Part shown: one piece after another, positions 53,407 through 64,000 of the stretch
How positions within the stretch are numbered: position 1 is the stretch's first letter
How the letters are laid out: each line of letters opens with the position of its first letter
Assembly: GCA_964016885.1 (NCBI GenBank)
Contig: OZ024741.1
Coordinates: 400,954,001-401,018,000, forward strand
Direction: 5' to 3'
Origin: Eledone cirrhosa
Lineage: Eukaryota
Length of the DNA stretch: 64,000 nucleotides
Program-made: the position numbers and the translations under genes
Notes under the pieces: generated by a model
Database searches by the model: none
What the model was told of the DNA's origin: nothing
Seen by the model: only the letters and a program-made list of their open reading frames with translations

Positions 53407-55592
53407 CATCATCATCATCATCAGCGTTTAACGTCCGTGTTCCACGCTTGCATGGGTTTGGACGGGGGTAGTCCCACTTGAGGCAAGAGTGATTGTCTTG
53501 CTCGCATAGGACTGTCTGGCAGGTTTTCTACAGTTGGATGCCCTTCCTAACACCAACCACATTTACAGTGTGGGTCTGGGAGGTTTTTACCGTGTTGCCT
53601 ACACGGCCACATTACAGCGTGGACTGTGTGTTTTTTTGTCGTGACACCTACACGATCTCATTTGTTTCGGCCTCGATGGCGCGGCACCAACATAACTTTA
53701 CATAGAACGGGGTGGTGTGGATCGGGTGGGGGTGGTGGGACGGGGTGTATTTGTTAGAGATGCCTACTGGCTGGAGTAGGTTTTACTATATATTTAGGTA
53801 AGGCGGGTCTTCTCTGTTACTGAGTACCGCCAAAGGTCTCGGTCCAGTGACATTGTCTTGGAGAGGTGTAAGTGTGTGATGTCGGAGTTTATCAGCTCGT
53901 CCCAGGTTTTTCTAGGTCTGCCTATTCCGTGACTACCGTCTATCTTTATTGCCCTGCACTTTGTTATACAGCTATCGACTTTCATGCGCATCACGTGTCC
54001 ATACCAACGTAGCCTTCTCTCGAGTAAACAACATCTGATCCCTCTTATCTCTAATTTATTCCTTAGTTCGTTTATGCTTTGCCGTTCACGTATATTACTG
54101 TTACACATCCAGCGGAGCATGCAAGCTTCGTTCCTCTCTAGTCTGCGTATATCCTCTGCACACAATGCCCAGGTCTCACTGCCATGCAGCATTGCTGTTC
54201 GTATGCAGGCATCGTACAACCTGCCTTTCATTTTTAGTGAGAACCCTTTAGCAGCTAATAGTGGTATAAGCTCTCTGAACTTTTTCCAACCAGTTCTGAC
54301 TCTAGCTACAGTACTTTCAGAGCACCCTCCCCCACTGCTGATTTTATCGCCCAGGTAACGGAAGCTGTCCACTATTTCTATAGAACCCTCTGCGCAATTG
54401 AAAGAGCTAGTAGTTTGTGGGCACTTGCTGCTACTTATTGCACCAGAGCACCGGCCACATGTAAAATCTATGTTCTTAGTTAGCCTACCTGTGATCCCAC
54501 TACATCTTTTATGCACCCATACTTTGCATTTAGGACATAAAATGGAGTTTCTACCTACGCCTTTCCTACACACCGAGCACGACCATTTCCCAGAAGGGAC
54601 CGCCGCCTTGTTTTCTTTCCTACAAACTAGTACTTTGGTCTTAGCCAGGTTAATTTTAAGTCCTTTTGACTCTAGGCCGTGCTTCCATGTTTGGAATTTC
54701 TTCTCTAGCTCGGCCATTGATTCCGCTATGAGTGTCAGGTCGTCTGCGTATAGGAGTTCCCATGGGCAGCCTGTCTTGAACTCCTCTGTTATGGCCTGAA
54801 GGGCAATAATAAATAGTAGTGGACTGAGAACAGAGCCCTGATGGACGCCGACTTTTACGCTAAACTCTTCACTATATTCGTTGTTAATTCTAACCTTGCT
54901 GACTGTTTCTTTATACATGGCTTGTATAGCCCTCACAAGCCATTCGTCAACGCCTAGTTTTCTAAGAGCCCACCAGATAATGGAGCGGGGGACTCTGTCG
55001 AAGGCTTTCTCCAAGTCGACAAAAGCTAAGTAGAGGGGTTTACCTTTAGCTAGGTACTTCTCTTGTAGTTGTCGTACTATGAAAAGAGCGTCTGTGGTAC
55101 TTTTGCCTGACACAAACCCGAACTGCATTTCATCTAGGTCAATTCTCTCTCTGATTAGTTGCGCTATTACTCTTTCCGTGACCTTCATGACCTGGTCGAT
55201 TAATTTAATGCCTCTATAGTTACTCCTATCTAGGGCGTCTCCTTTACCCTTATAACAGTTAACGATGATGCTGCTATGCCAGTCCTTCGGAACAACCCCG
55301 TTTTGTACGACTTGGTTAACTATGCGGGTGACCATGGTGTGTCCCACCGTGCCAGATGCCTTCAGCATCTCAGCAACTATTTCCGAAGGCCCAGCCGCCT
55401 TACCAGTCTTCATATCCTTGATTGCCTTACTTATTATAGTCCCCTCGACTAACACTGCTGGTCCCTCTATTGGGTCGATATGGGGGAGACTGCCTTTCTC
55501 CCAATTATTCTCCTCATTTAGAAGCCTTTCATAGTGACACTTCCAAGCTACCTTCTTATCAGCGTCGGTGATGGCAAGTGTGCCATCGTCGT
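53407..55592 (-). mobile_element. 5'-truncated RTE LINE inserted in the satellite
   Basis: (GAT)n tail at 53407, 3' UTR, and an uninterrupted RT frame up to the truncation point. Confidence 0.96.
53794..55590 (-). CDS. RTE LINE reverse transcriptase, N-terminally truncated (endonuclease missing), with a PHD-like Cys-rich insert
   Basis: NYRGIKL, QFGF, FVDLEKAFD, GVHQGSVLSP, YADD, CSVC...CPKC...HKRC...CGRC, RRLRWYGH. The frame is also open upstream of the ORF-track start (DDGTLAITDADKKVAWKCHYERLLNEEN). Confidence 0.93.
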   Translation of the reverse strand, partial: DDGTLAITDADKKVAWKCHYERLLNEENNWEKGSLPHIDPIEGPAVLVEGTIISKAIKDMKTGKAAGPSEIVAEMLKASGTVGHTMVTRIVNQVVQNGVVPKDWHSSIIVNCYKGKGDALDRSNYRGIKLIDQVMKVTERVIAQLIRERIDLDEMQFGFVSGKSTTDALFIVRQLQEKYLAKGKPLYLAFVDLEKAFDRVPRSIIWWALRKLGVDEWLVRAIQAMYKETVSKVRINNEYSEEFSVKVGVHQGSVLSPLLFIIALQAITEEFKTGCPWELLYADDLTLIAESMAELEKKFQTWKHGLESKGLKINLAKTKVLVCRKENKAAVPSGKWSCSVCRKGVGRNSILCPKCKVWVHKRCSGITGRLTKNIDFTCGRCSGAISSSKCPQTTSSFNCAEGSIEIVDSFRYLGDKISSGGGCSESTVARVRTGWKKFRELIPLLAAKGFSLKMKGRLYDACIRTAMLHGSETWALCAEDIRRLERNEACMLRWMCNSNIRERQSINELRNKLEIRGIRCCLLERRLRWYGHVMRMKVDSCITKCRAIKIDGSHGIGRPRKTWDELINSDITHLHLSKTMSLDRDLWRYSVTEKTRLT

Positions 55593-58500
55593 ATTGTTAT
55601 AATATTGCGAAAAATAGTAAAACACACTCACTGTTTGGGGAGGGTCATATTGTTATAATATTGCCAAATATAGTAAAACAGACTCATTGTTTGGGGAGAG
55701 TCATATAGTTATAATATTGCGAAAAATTGTAAGACACACTCACTGTTTGGGGAGAGTCATGTTGCCCTAATATTGCCAAAAATAGTAAAACACACTCACT
55801 GTTTGGGGAGGGTCATATTGTTATAATATTGCCAAATATAGTAAAACACACTCACTGTTTGGGGAGAGTCATATTGTTATAATATTTCGAAAAATTGTAA
55901 AACACACTCACTGTTTTGGGAGAGTCATGTTGTCCTAATATTGCCAAAAATAGTAAAACACATTCCCTGTTTGGGGAGGGTCATCTTGTTATAATATTGC
56001 CAAAAATAGTAAAACACACTGACTGTTTGGGGAGGGTCATATTGTTATAATATTGCAAAAATAGTAAATCACACTCATTGTTTGGGGAGGGTCATATTGT
56101 TATAATATTGCCAAAAATAGTAAAACACACTCACTGTTTGGGGAGGGTCATATTGTTATAATATTGCAAAGAATAGTAAAACATAGTCACTGTTTGCGGA
56201 GGGTCATGTTGCCCTAATATTGCCAAAAGTAGTAAAACACACTCACGGTTTGGGGAGGGTCATATTGTTGTAATATTGCTAATATAGTAAAAGACACTCA
56301 CTGTTTGGGGAGGGTCATATTGTTATAGTATTGCCAAAAGTAGTAAAACACGCTCACTGTTTGGGGAGAGTCATATTGTTATAATATTGCCAAAAATTAA
56401 CGAAAACACTCACTGGTTGCGGAGGGTCATGTTGCCCTAATATTGCCAAAAGTAATAAAACACACTCACTGTTTGCGGAGGGTCATGTTGCCCTAATATT
56501 GCCAAAACTATTAAAACACACTCATTGTTTGGGGAGTGTCATATTGTTATAATATTGCCAAAAATATTAAAACACACTCACTGTTTGGGTAGAGTCATAT
56601 TGTTATAATATTGCCAAAAATATTAAAACACACTCACTGTTTGGGGAGGGTAATATTGTTATAATATTGCCAAAAATAGTAAAACACACTCACTGTTTGG
56701 GGAGGGTCATATTGTTATAATATTGCCAAAAATAGTAAAACACACTCACTGTTTGGGTAGAGTCATATTGTTATAATATTGCCAAAAATATTAAAACACA
56801 CTCACTGTTTGGGTAGAGTCATATTGTTATAATATTGCCAAAAATATTAAAACACACTCACTGTTTGGGGAGGGTCATATTGTTATAATATTGCCAAAAA
56901 TAGTAAAACACACTCACTGTTTGGGGAGGGTCATATTGTTATAATATTGCCAAAAATAGTAAAACACACTCACTGTTTGGGGAGGGTCATGTTGCCCTAA
57001 TATTGCCAAAAATAGTAAAACAGACTCACTGTTTGGGGAGAGTCATATTGTTATAGTATTGCGAAAAATAGTAAAACACACTCACTGTTTGGGGAGCGTC
57101 ATGTTGCCCTAATATTGCCAAAAATAGTAAAGCACACTCACTGTCTGGGTAGGGTAATATTCTTATAATATTGCCAAAAAGAGTGAAACACACTCACTGT
57201 TTGGGGAGGGTCATATTGTTATTATATTGCAAAAAATAGTAAAACACACTCACTGTTTGGGTAGAGTCATATTGTTATAATATTGCCAAAAAGAGTGAAA
57301 CACACTCACTGTTTGGGGAGGGTCATATTGTTATTATATTGCAAAAAATAGTTAAACACACTCACTGTTTGGGGAGGGTCATATTGTTGTAATATTGCTA
57401 ATATAGTAAAAGACACTCACTGTTTGGGGAGGGTCATATTGTTATAGTATTGCCAAAAGTAGTAAAACACGCTCACTGTTTGGGGAGAGTCATATTGTTA
57501 TAATATTGCCAAAAATTAACGAAAACACTCACTGGTTGCGGAGGGTCATGTTGCCCTAATATTGCCAAAAGTAATAAAACACACTCACTGTTTGCGGAGG
57601 CTCAGGTTGCCCTAATATTGCCAAAACTATTAAAACACACTCATTGTTTGGGGAGTGTCATATTGTTATAATATTGCCAAAAATATTAAAACACACTCAC
57701 TGTTTGGGTAGAGTCATATTGTTATAATATTGCCAAAAATATTAAAACACACTCACTGTTTGGGGAGGGTAATATTGTTATAATATTGCCAAAAATAGTA
57801 AAACACACTCACTGTTTGGGGACGGTCATATTGTTATAATATTGCCAAAAATAGTAAAACACACTCACTGTTTGGGTAGAGTCATATTGTTATAATATTG
57901 CCAAAAATATTAAAACACACTCACTGTTTGGGTAGAGTCATATTGTTATAATATTGCCAAAAATATTAAAACACACTCACTGTTTGGGGAGGGTCATATT
58001 GTTATAATATTGCCAAAAATAGTAAAACACACTCACTGTTTGGGGAGGGTCATATTGTTATAATATTGCCAAAAATAGTAAAACACACTCACTGTTTGGG
58101 GAGGGTCATGTTGCCCTAATATTGCCAAAAATAGTAAAACAGACTCACTGTTTGGGGAGAGTCATATTGTTATAGTATTGCGAAAAATAGTAAAACACAC
58201 TCACTGTTTGGGGAGCGTCATGTTGCCCTAATATTGCCAAAAATAGTAAAGCACACTCACTGTCTGGGTAGGGTAATATTCTTATAATATTGCCAAAAAG
58301 AGTGAAACACACTCACTGTTTGGGGAGGGTCATATTGTTATTATATTGCAAAAAATAGTTAAACACACTCACTGTTTGGGGAGGGTCATATTGTTATAAT
58401 ATTGCCAAAAATAGTAAAACACACTCACTGTTTGGGGAGGGTCATATTGTTATAATATTGCCAAAAATAGTAAAACACACTCACTGTTTGGGGAGGGTCA

Positions 58501-61500
58501 TGTTGCCCTAATATTGCCAAAAATAGTAAAACAGACTCACTGTTTGGGGAGAGTCATATTGTTATAGTATTGCGAAAAATAGTAAAACACACTCACTGTT
58601 TGGGGAGCGTCATGTTGCCCTAATATTGCCAAAAATAGTAAAGCACACTCACTGTCTGGGTAGGGTAATATTCTTATAATATTGCCAAAAAGAGTGAAAC
58701 ACACTCACTGTTTGGGGAGGGTCATATTGTTATTATATTGCAAAAAATAGTAAAACACACTCACTGTTTGGGTAGAGTCATATTGTTATAATATTGCCAA
58801 AAAGAGTGAAACACACTCACTGTTTGGGGAGGGTCATATTGTTATTATATTGCAAAAAATAGTTAAACACACTCACTGTTTGGGGAGGGTCATATTGTTA
58901 TAATATTGCCAAAACTAGTAAAACACACTCACTGTTTGGGGAGAGTCATATTGTTATAATATTGCGAAAAATAGTAAAACACACTCACTGTTTGGGGAGG
59001 GTCATATTGTTATAATATTGCCAAATATAGTAAAACAGACTCATTGTTTGGGGAGAGTCATATAGTTATAATATTGCGAAAAATTGTAAGACACACTCAC
59101 TGTTTGGGGAGAGTCATGTTGCCCTAATATTGCCAAAAATAGTAAAACACACTCACTGTTTGGGGAGGGTCATATTGTTATAATATTGCCAAATATAGTA
59201 AAACACACTCACTGTTTGGGGAGAGTCATATTGTTATAATATTTCGAAAAATTGTAAAACACACTCACTGTTTTGGGAGAGTCATGTTGTCCTAATATTG
59301 CCAAAAATAGTAAAACACATTCCCTGTTTGGGGAGGGTCATCTTGTTATAATATTGCCAAAAATAGTAAAACACACTGACTGTTTGGGGAGGGTCATATT
59401 GTTATAATATTGCAAAAATAGTAAATCACACTCATTGTTTGGGGAGGGTCATATTGTTATAATATTGCCAAAAATAGTAAAACACACTCACTGTTTGGGG
59501 AGGGTCATATTGTTATAATATTGCAAAGAATAGTAAAACATAGTCACTGTTTGCGGAGGGTCATGTTGCCCTAATATTGCCAAAAGTAGTAAAACACACT
59601 CACGGTTTGGGGAGGGTCATATTGTTGTAATATTGCTAATATAGTAAAAGACACTCACTGTTTGGGGAGGGTCATATTGTTATAGTATTGCCAAAAGTAG
59701 TAAAACACGCTCACTGTTTGGGGAGAGTCATATTGTTATAATATTGCCAAAAATTAACGAAAACACTCACTGGTTGCGGAGGGTCATGTTGCCCTAATAT
59801 TGCCAAAAGTAATAAAACACACTCACTGTTTGCGGAGGGTCATGTTGCCCTAATATTGCCAAAACTATTAAAACACACTCATTGTTTGGGGAGTGTCATA
59901 TTGTTATAATATTGCCAAAAATATTAAAACACACTCACTGTTTGGGTAGAGTCATATTGTTATAATATTGCCAAAAATATTAAAACACACTCACTGTTTG
60001 GGGAGGGTAATATTGTTATAATATTGCCAAAAATAGTAAAACACACTCACTGTTTGGGGAGGGTCATATTGTTATAATATTGCCAAAAATAGTAAAACAC
60101 ACTCACTGTTTGGGTAGAGTCATATTGTTATAATATTGGCAAAAATATTAAAACACACTCACTGTTTGGGTAGAGTCATATTGTTATAATATTGCCAAAA
60201 ATATTAAAACACACTCACTGTTTGGGGAGGGTCATATTGTTATAATATTGCCAAAAATAGTAAAACACACTCACTGTTTGGGGAGGGTCATATTGTTATA
60301 ATATTGCCAAAAATAGTAAAACACACTCACTGTTTGGGGAGGGTCATGTTGCCCTAATATTGCCAAAAATAGTAAAACAGACTCACTGTTTGGGGAGAGT
60401 CATATTGTTATAGTATTGCGAAAAATAGTAAAACACACTCACTGTTTGGGGAGCGTCATGTTGCCCTAATATTGCCAAAAATAGTAAAGCACACTCACTG
60501 TCTGGGTAGGGTAATATTCTTATAATATTGCCAAAAAGAGTGAAACACACTCACTGTTTGGGGAGGGTCATATTGTTATTATATTGCAAAAAATAGTTAA
60601 ACACACTCACTGTTTGGGGAGGGTCATATTGTTATAATATTGCCAAAAATAGTAAAACACACTCACTGTTTGGGGAGTGTCATATTGTTATAATATTGCG
60701 AAAAATAGTAAAACACATTCACTGTTTGGGGAGGGTCATATTGTTATAATATTGCAAAGAATAGTAAAACATAGTCACTGTTTGCGGAGGGTCATGTTGC
60801 CCTAATATTGCCAAAAGTAGTAAAACACACTCACGGTTTGGGGAGGGTCATATTGTTGTAATATTGCTAATATAGTAAAAGACACTCACTGTTTGGGGAG
60901 GGTCATATTGTTATAGTATTGCCAAAAGTAGTAAAACACACTCACTGTTTGGGGAGAGTCATATTGTTATAATATTGCCAAAAATTAACGAAAACACTCA
61001 CTGTTTGCGGAGGGTCATGTTGCCCTAATATTGCCAAAAGTAATAAAACACACTCACTGTTTGCGGAGGGTCATGTTGCCCTAATATTGCCAAAACTAGT
61101 AAAACACACTCATTGTTTGGGGAGTGTCATATTGTTATAATATTGCCAAAAATATTAAAACACACTCACTGTTTGGGTAGAGTCATATTGTTATAATATT
61201 GCCAAAAATATTAAAACACACTCACTGTTTGGGGAGGGTAATATTGTTATAATATTGCCAAAAATAGTAAAACACACTCACTGTTTGGGGAGGGTCATAT
61301 TGTTATAATATTGCCAAAAATAGTAAAACACACTCACTGTTTGGGTAGAGTCATATTGTTATAATATTGCCAAAAATATTAAAACACACTCACTGTTTGG
61401 GTAGAGTCATATTGTTATAATATTGCCAAAAATATTAAAACACACTCACTGTTTGGGGAGGGTCATATTGTTATAATATTGCCAAAAATAGTAAAACACA

Positions 61501-64000
61501 CTCACTGTTTGGGGAGGGTCATATTGTTATAATATTGCCAAAAATAGTAAAACACACTCACTGTTTGGGGAGGGTCATGTTGCCCTAATATTGCCAAAAA
61601 TAGTAAAACAGACTCACTGTTTGGGGAGAGTCATATTGTTATAGTATTGCGAAAAATAGTAAAACACACTCACTGTTTGGGGAGCGTCATGTTGCCCTAA
61701 TATTGCCAAAAATAGTAAAACACATTCACTGTTTGGGGAGAGTCATATTGTTATAATATTGCCAAATATAGTAAAACATACTCACTGTTTGGGGAGGGTC
61801 ATATTGTTATAATATTGCCAAAAATAGTAAAGCACACTCACTGTCTGGGTAGGGTAATATTCTTATAATATTGCCAAAAAGAGTGAAACACACTCACTGT
61901 TTGGGGAGGGTCATATTGTTATTATATTGCAAAAAATAGTTAAACACACTCACTGTTTGGGGAGGGTCATATTGTTATAATATTGCCAAAACTAGTAAAA
62001 CACACTCACTGTTTGGGGAGAGTCATATTGTTATAATATTGCGAAAAATAGTAAAACACACTCACTGTTTGGGGAGGGTCATATTGTTATAATATTGCCA
62101 AATATAGTAAAACAGACTCATTGTTTGGGGAGAGTCATATTGTTATAATATTGCGAAAAATTGTAAGACACACTCACTGTTTGGGGAGAGTCATGTTGCC
62201 CTAATATTGCCAAAAATAGTAAAACACACTCACTGTTTGGGGAGTGTCATATTGTTATAATATTGCCAAAAATAGTAAAACACACTCACTGTTTGGGGAG
62301 GGTCATCTTGTTATAATATTGCCAAAAATAGTAAAACACACTGACTGTTTGGGGAGGGTCATATTGTTATAATATTGCCAAAAATAGTAAATCACACTCA
62401 TTGTTTGGGAAGGGTCATATTGTTATAATATTGCCAAAAATAGTAAAACACACTGACTGTTTGGGGAGGGTCATATTTTTATAATATTGCCAAAAATAGT
62501 AAATCACACTCACTGTTTGGGGAGGGTCATACTATTATAATATTGCAAAAAATAGTAAAACACACTCACTGTTTGGGGAGGGTCATATTATTATAATATT
62601 GGCCAAAATAGTAAAAAACACTCACTGTTTAGGGAGGGTCATATTGTTATGATTTTACCAAAAATAGTAAAGCATACTCACTGTTTGGAGAGGGTCATAT
62701 TGTTATAATATTGCCAAAAATATTAAAGCACACTCACTGTTTGGGGAGGCTCATATTGTTATAATATTGCCAAAAATAGTAAAACACACTGACTGTTTGG
62801 GGAGGGTCATATTGTTATAATATTGTCAAAAATAGTAAAACACACTCAGTTTTGGGAGGGTCATATTGTTAATATTGCCAAAAGTAGTAGAATACACTCA
62901 CTGTTTGTGGAGGGTCATGTCCTAATAATTACATAAATAGTAAAACACACTCACTGTTTGCGGAGGGTCAAATTGTTATTCATATTGCAAAGAATAGTAA
63001 AACACACTCACTGTTTGCAGAGGGTCATGTTGCCCTAATATTGCCAAAAGTAGTAAAACACACTCACTGTTTGGGGAGGGTCATGTTGTTATAATATTGC
63101 CAAAAATAGTAGAAAACACTCACTGTTTGCGGAGGGTCATGTTGCCTTAATATTGCCAAAAATAGTAAAACACACTCATTGTTTGGGGAGGGTCATATTG
63201 TTATAATATTGCCAAAAATAGTAAAACACACTCACTGTTTGGGGAGGGTCATATTGTTATAATATTGCCAAAAATAGTAAAACACAAACACTGTTTGGGG
63301 AGAGTCATGTTGCCCTAATATTATAATATTGCCAAAAATACTGAAACAGACTCACTGCTTGGGGAGGGTCATATCCTAATATTTACAAAAATAGTAAAAC
63401 ACACTCACTGTTTGGTGTGGGTCATATTGTTATAATATTGCGAAAAATAGTAGAACACACTCACTGTTTGCGGAGGGTCATATGCTAATATTGCCAAAAA
63501 TAGTAAGACACAAACACTGTTTGCAGAGGGTCAAATTGTTATATTACCAAAAATAGTAAAACACACTCACTGTTTGGAGAGGATCATATTGTTATAATAT
63601 TGCCAAAAATAGTAAAACACACTCACTGTTTGGGGAGGGTCATATTGTTAATATTGCGAAAAGTAGTAGAATACACTCACTGTCTGGGGAGCGTCATGTT
63701 GCCCTAATATTGTCAAAAATAGTAAAACACACTCACGGTTTGGGGAGGGTCATATTGTTATAATATTGCCAAAAATAGTAAAACAAGCTCACTGTTTGAG
63801 GAGGGTCATATTGTTATGATATTGCCAAAAACAGTAAAACACACTCATTGTTTGGGCAGGGTCATATTACCAAAACTAGTTAAACACGCTCACTTTTGGG
63901 GAGGCTCATATTGTTATAATATTGCCAAAAATAGTAAAACACACTCACTGTTTGGGGAGGGTCATATTGTTATAATATTGCCAAAAATAGTAAAACACAC

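Larger units (their letters stand above)
36440..64000. repeat. 56-bp tandem satellite (>25 kb, runs off the window) with higher-order structure
   Basis: Unit AAAATAGTAAAACACACTCACTGTTTGGGGAGGGTCATATTGTTATAATATTGCCA; period 56 (56881 vs 56937). Confidence 0.98.

Noticed and set aside
53984-55534. Plus-strand ORFs overlapping the RT
   Set aside because: Antisense shadows of the LINE ORF with no recognisable motifs.

Overview
Eukaryotic, AT-rich, repeat-dominated DNA. The repeat complement (RTE LINEs with (GAT)n tails, tRNA SINEs, TTAA MITEs) resembles a mollusc, probably a cephalopod; that assignment is inference. One host gene is visible: the last five coding exons of a ferroportin (SLC40A1) homolog on the + strand (13047-28929), with GT-AG phase-1 introns. 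Its 5' exons are not in the readable sequence. Three satellites fill about 65% of the window: a 43/48-bp array (1-10002, 4610-bp higher-order period), a 30-bp intronic array (22624-26270) and a 56-bp array (36440-64000) carrying one SINE and one RTE LINE insertion. The most notable observations are: (i) the 43-bp monomer appears to be a captured piece of RTE reverse-transcriptase coding sequence (ERRLHWYGHVM); (ii) a non-autonomous LTR element with a tRNA-Trp PBS has a triplicated/inverted 5' LTR forming an ~830-bp palindrome ~100 bp upstream of a ferroportin exon; (iii) the ferroportin lacks the vertebrate C326/D504/H507 residues; (iv) a perfect 30-bp hairpin follows the ferroportin stop codon. 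No CRISPR array or prokaryote-style system is supported. The long repetitive ORFs are satellite artefacts.
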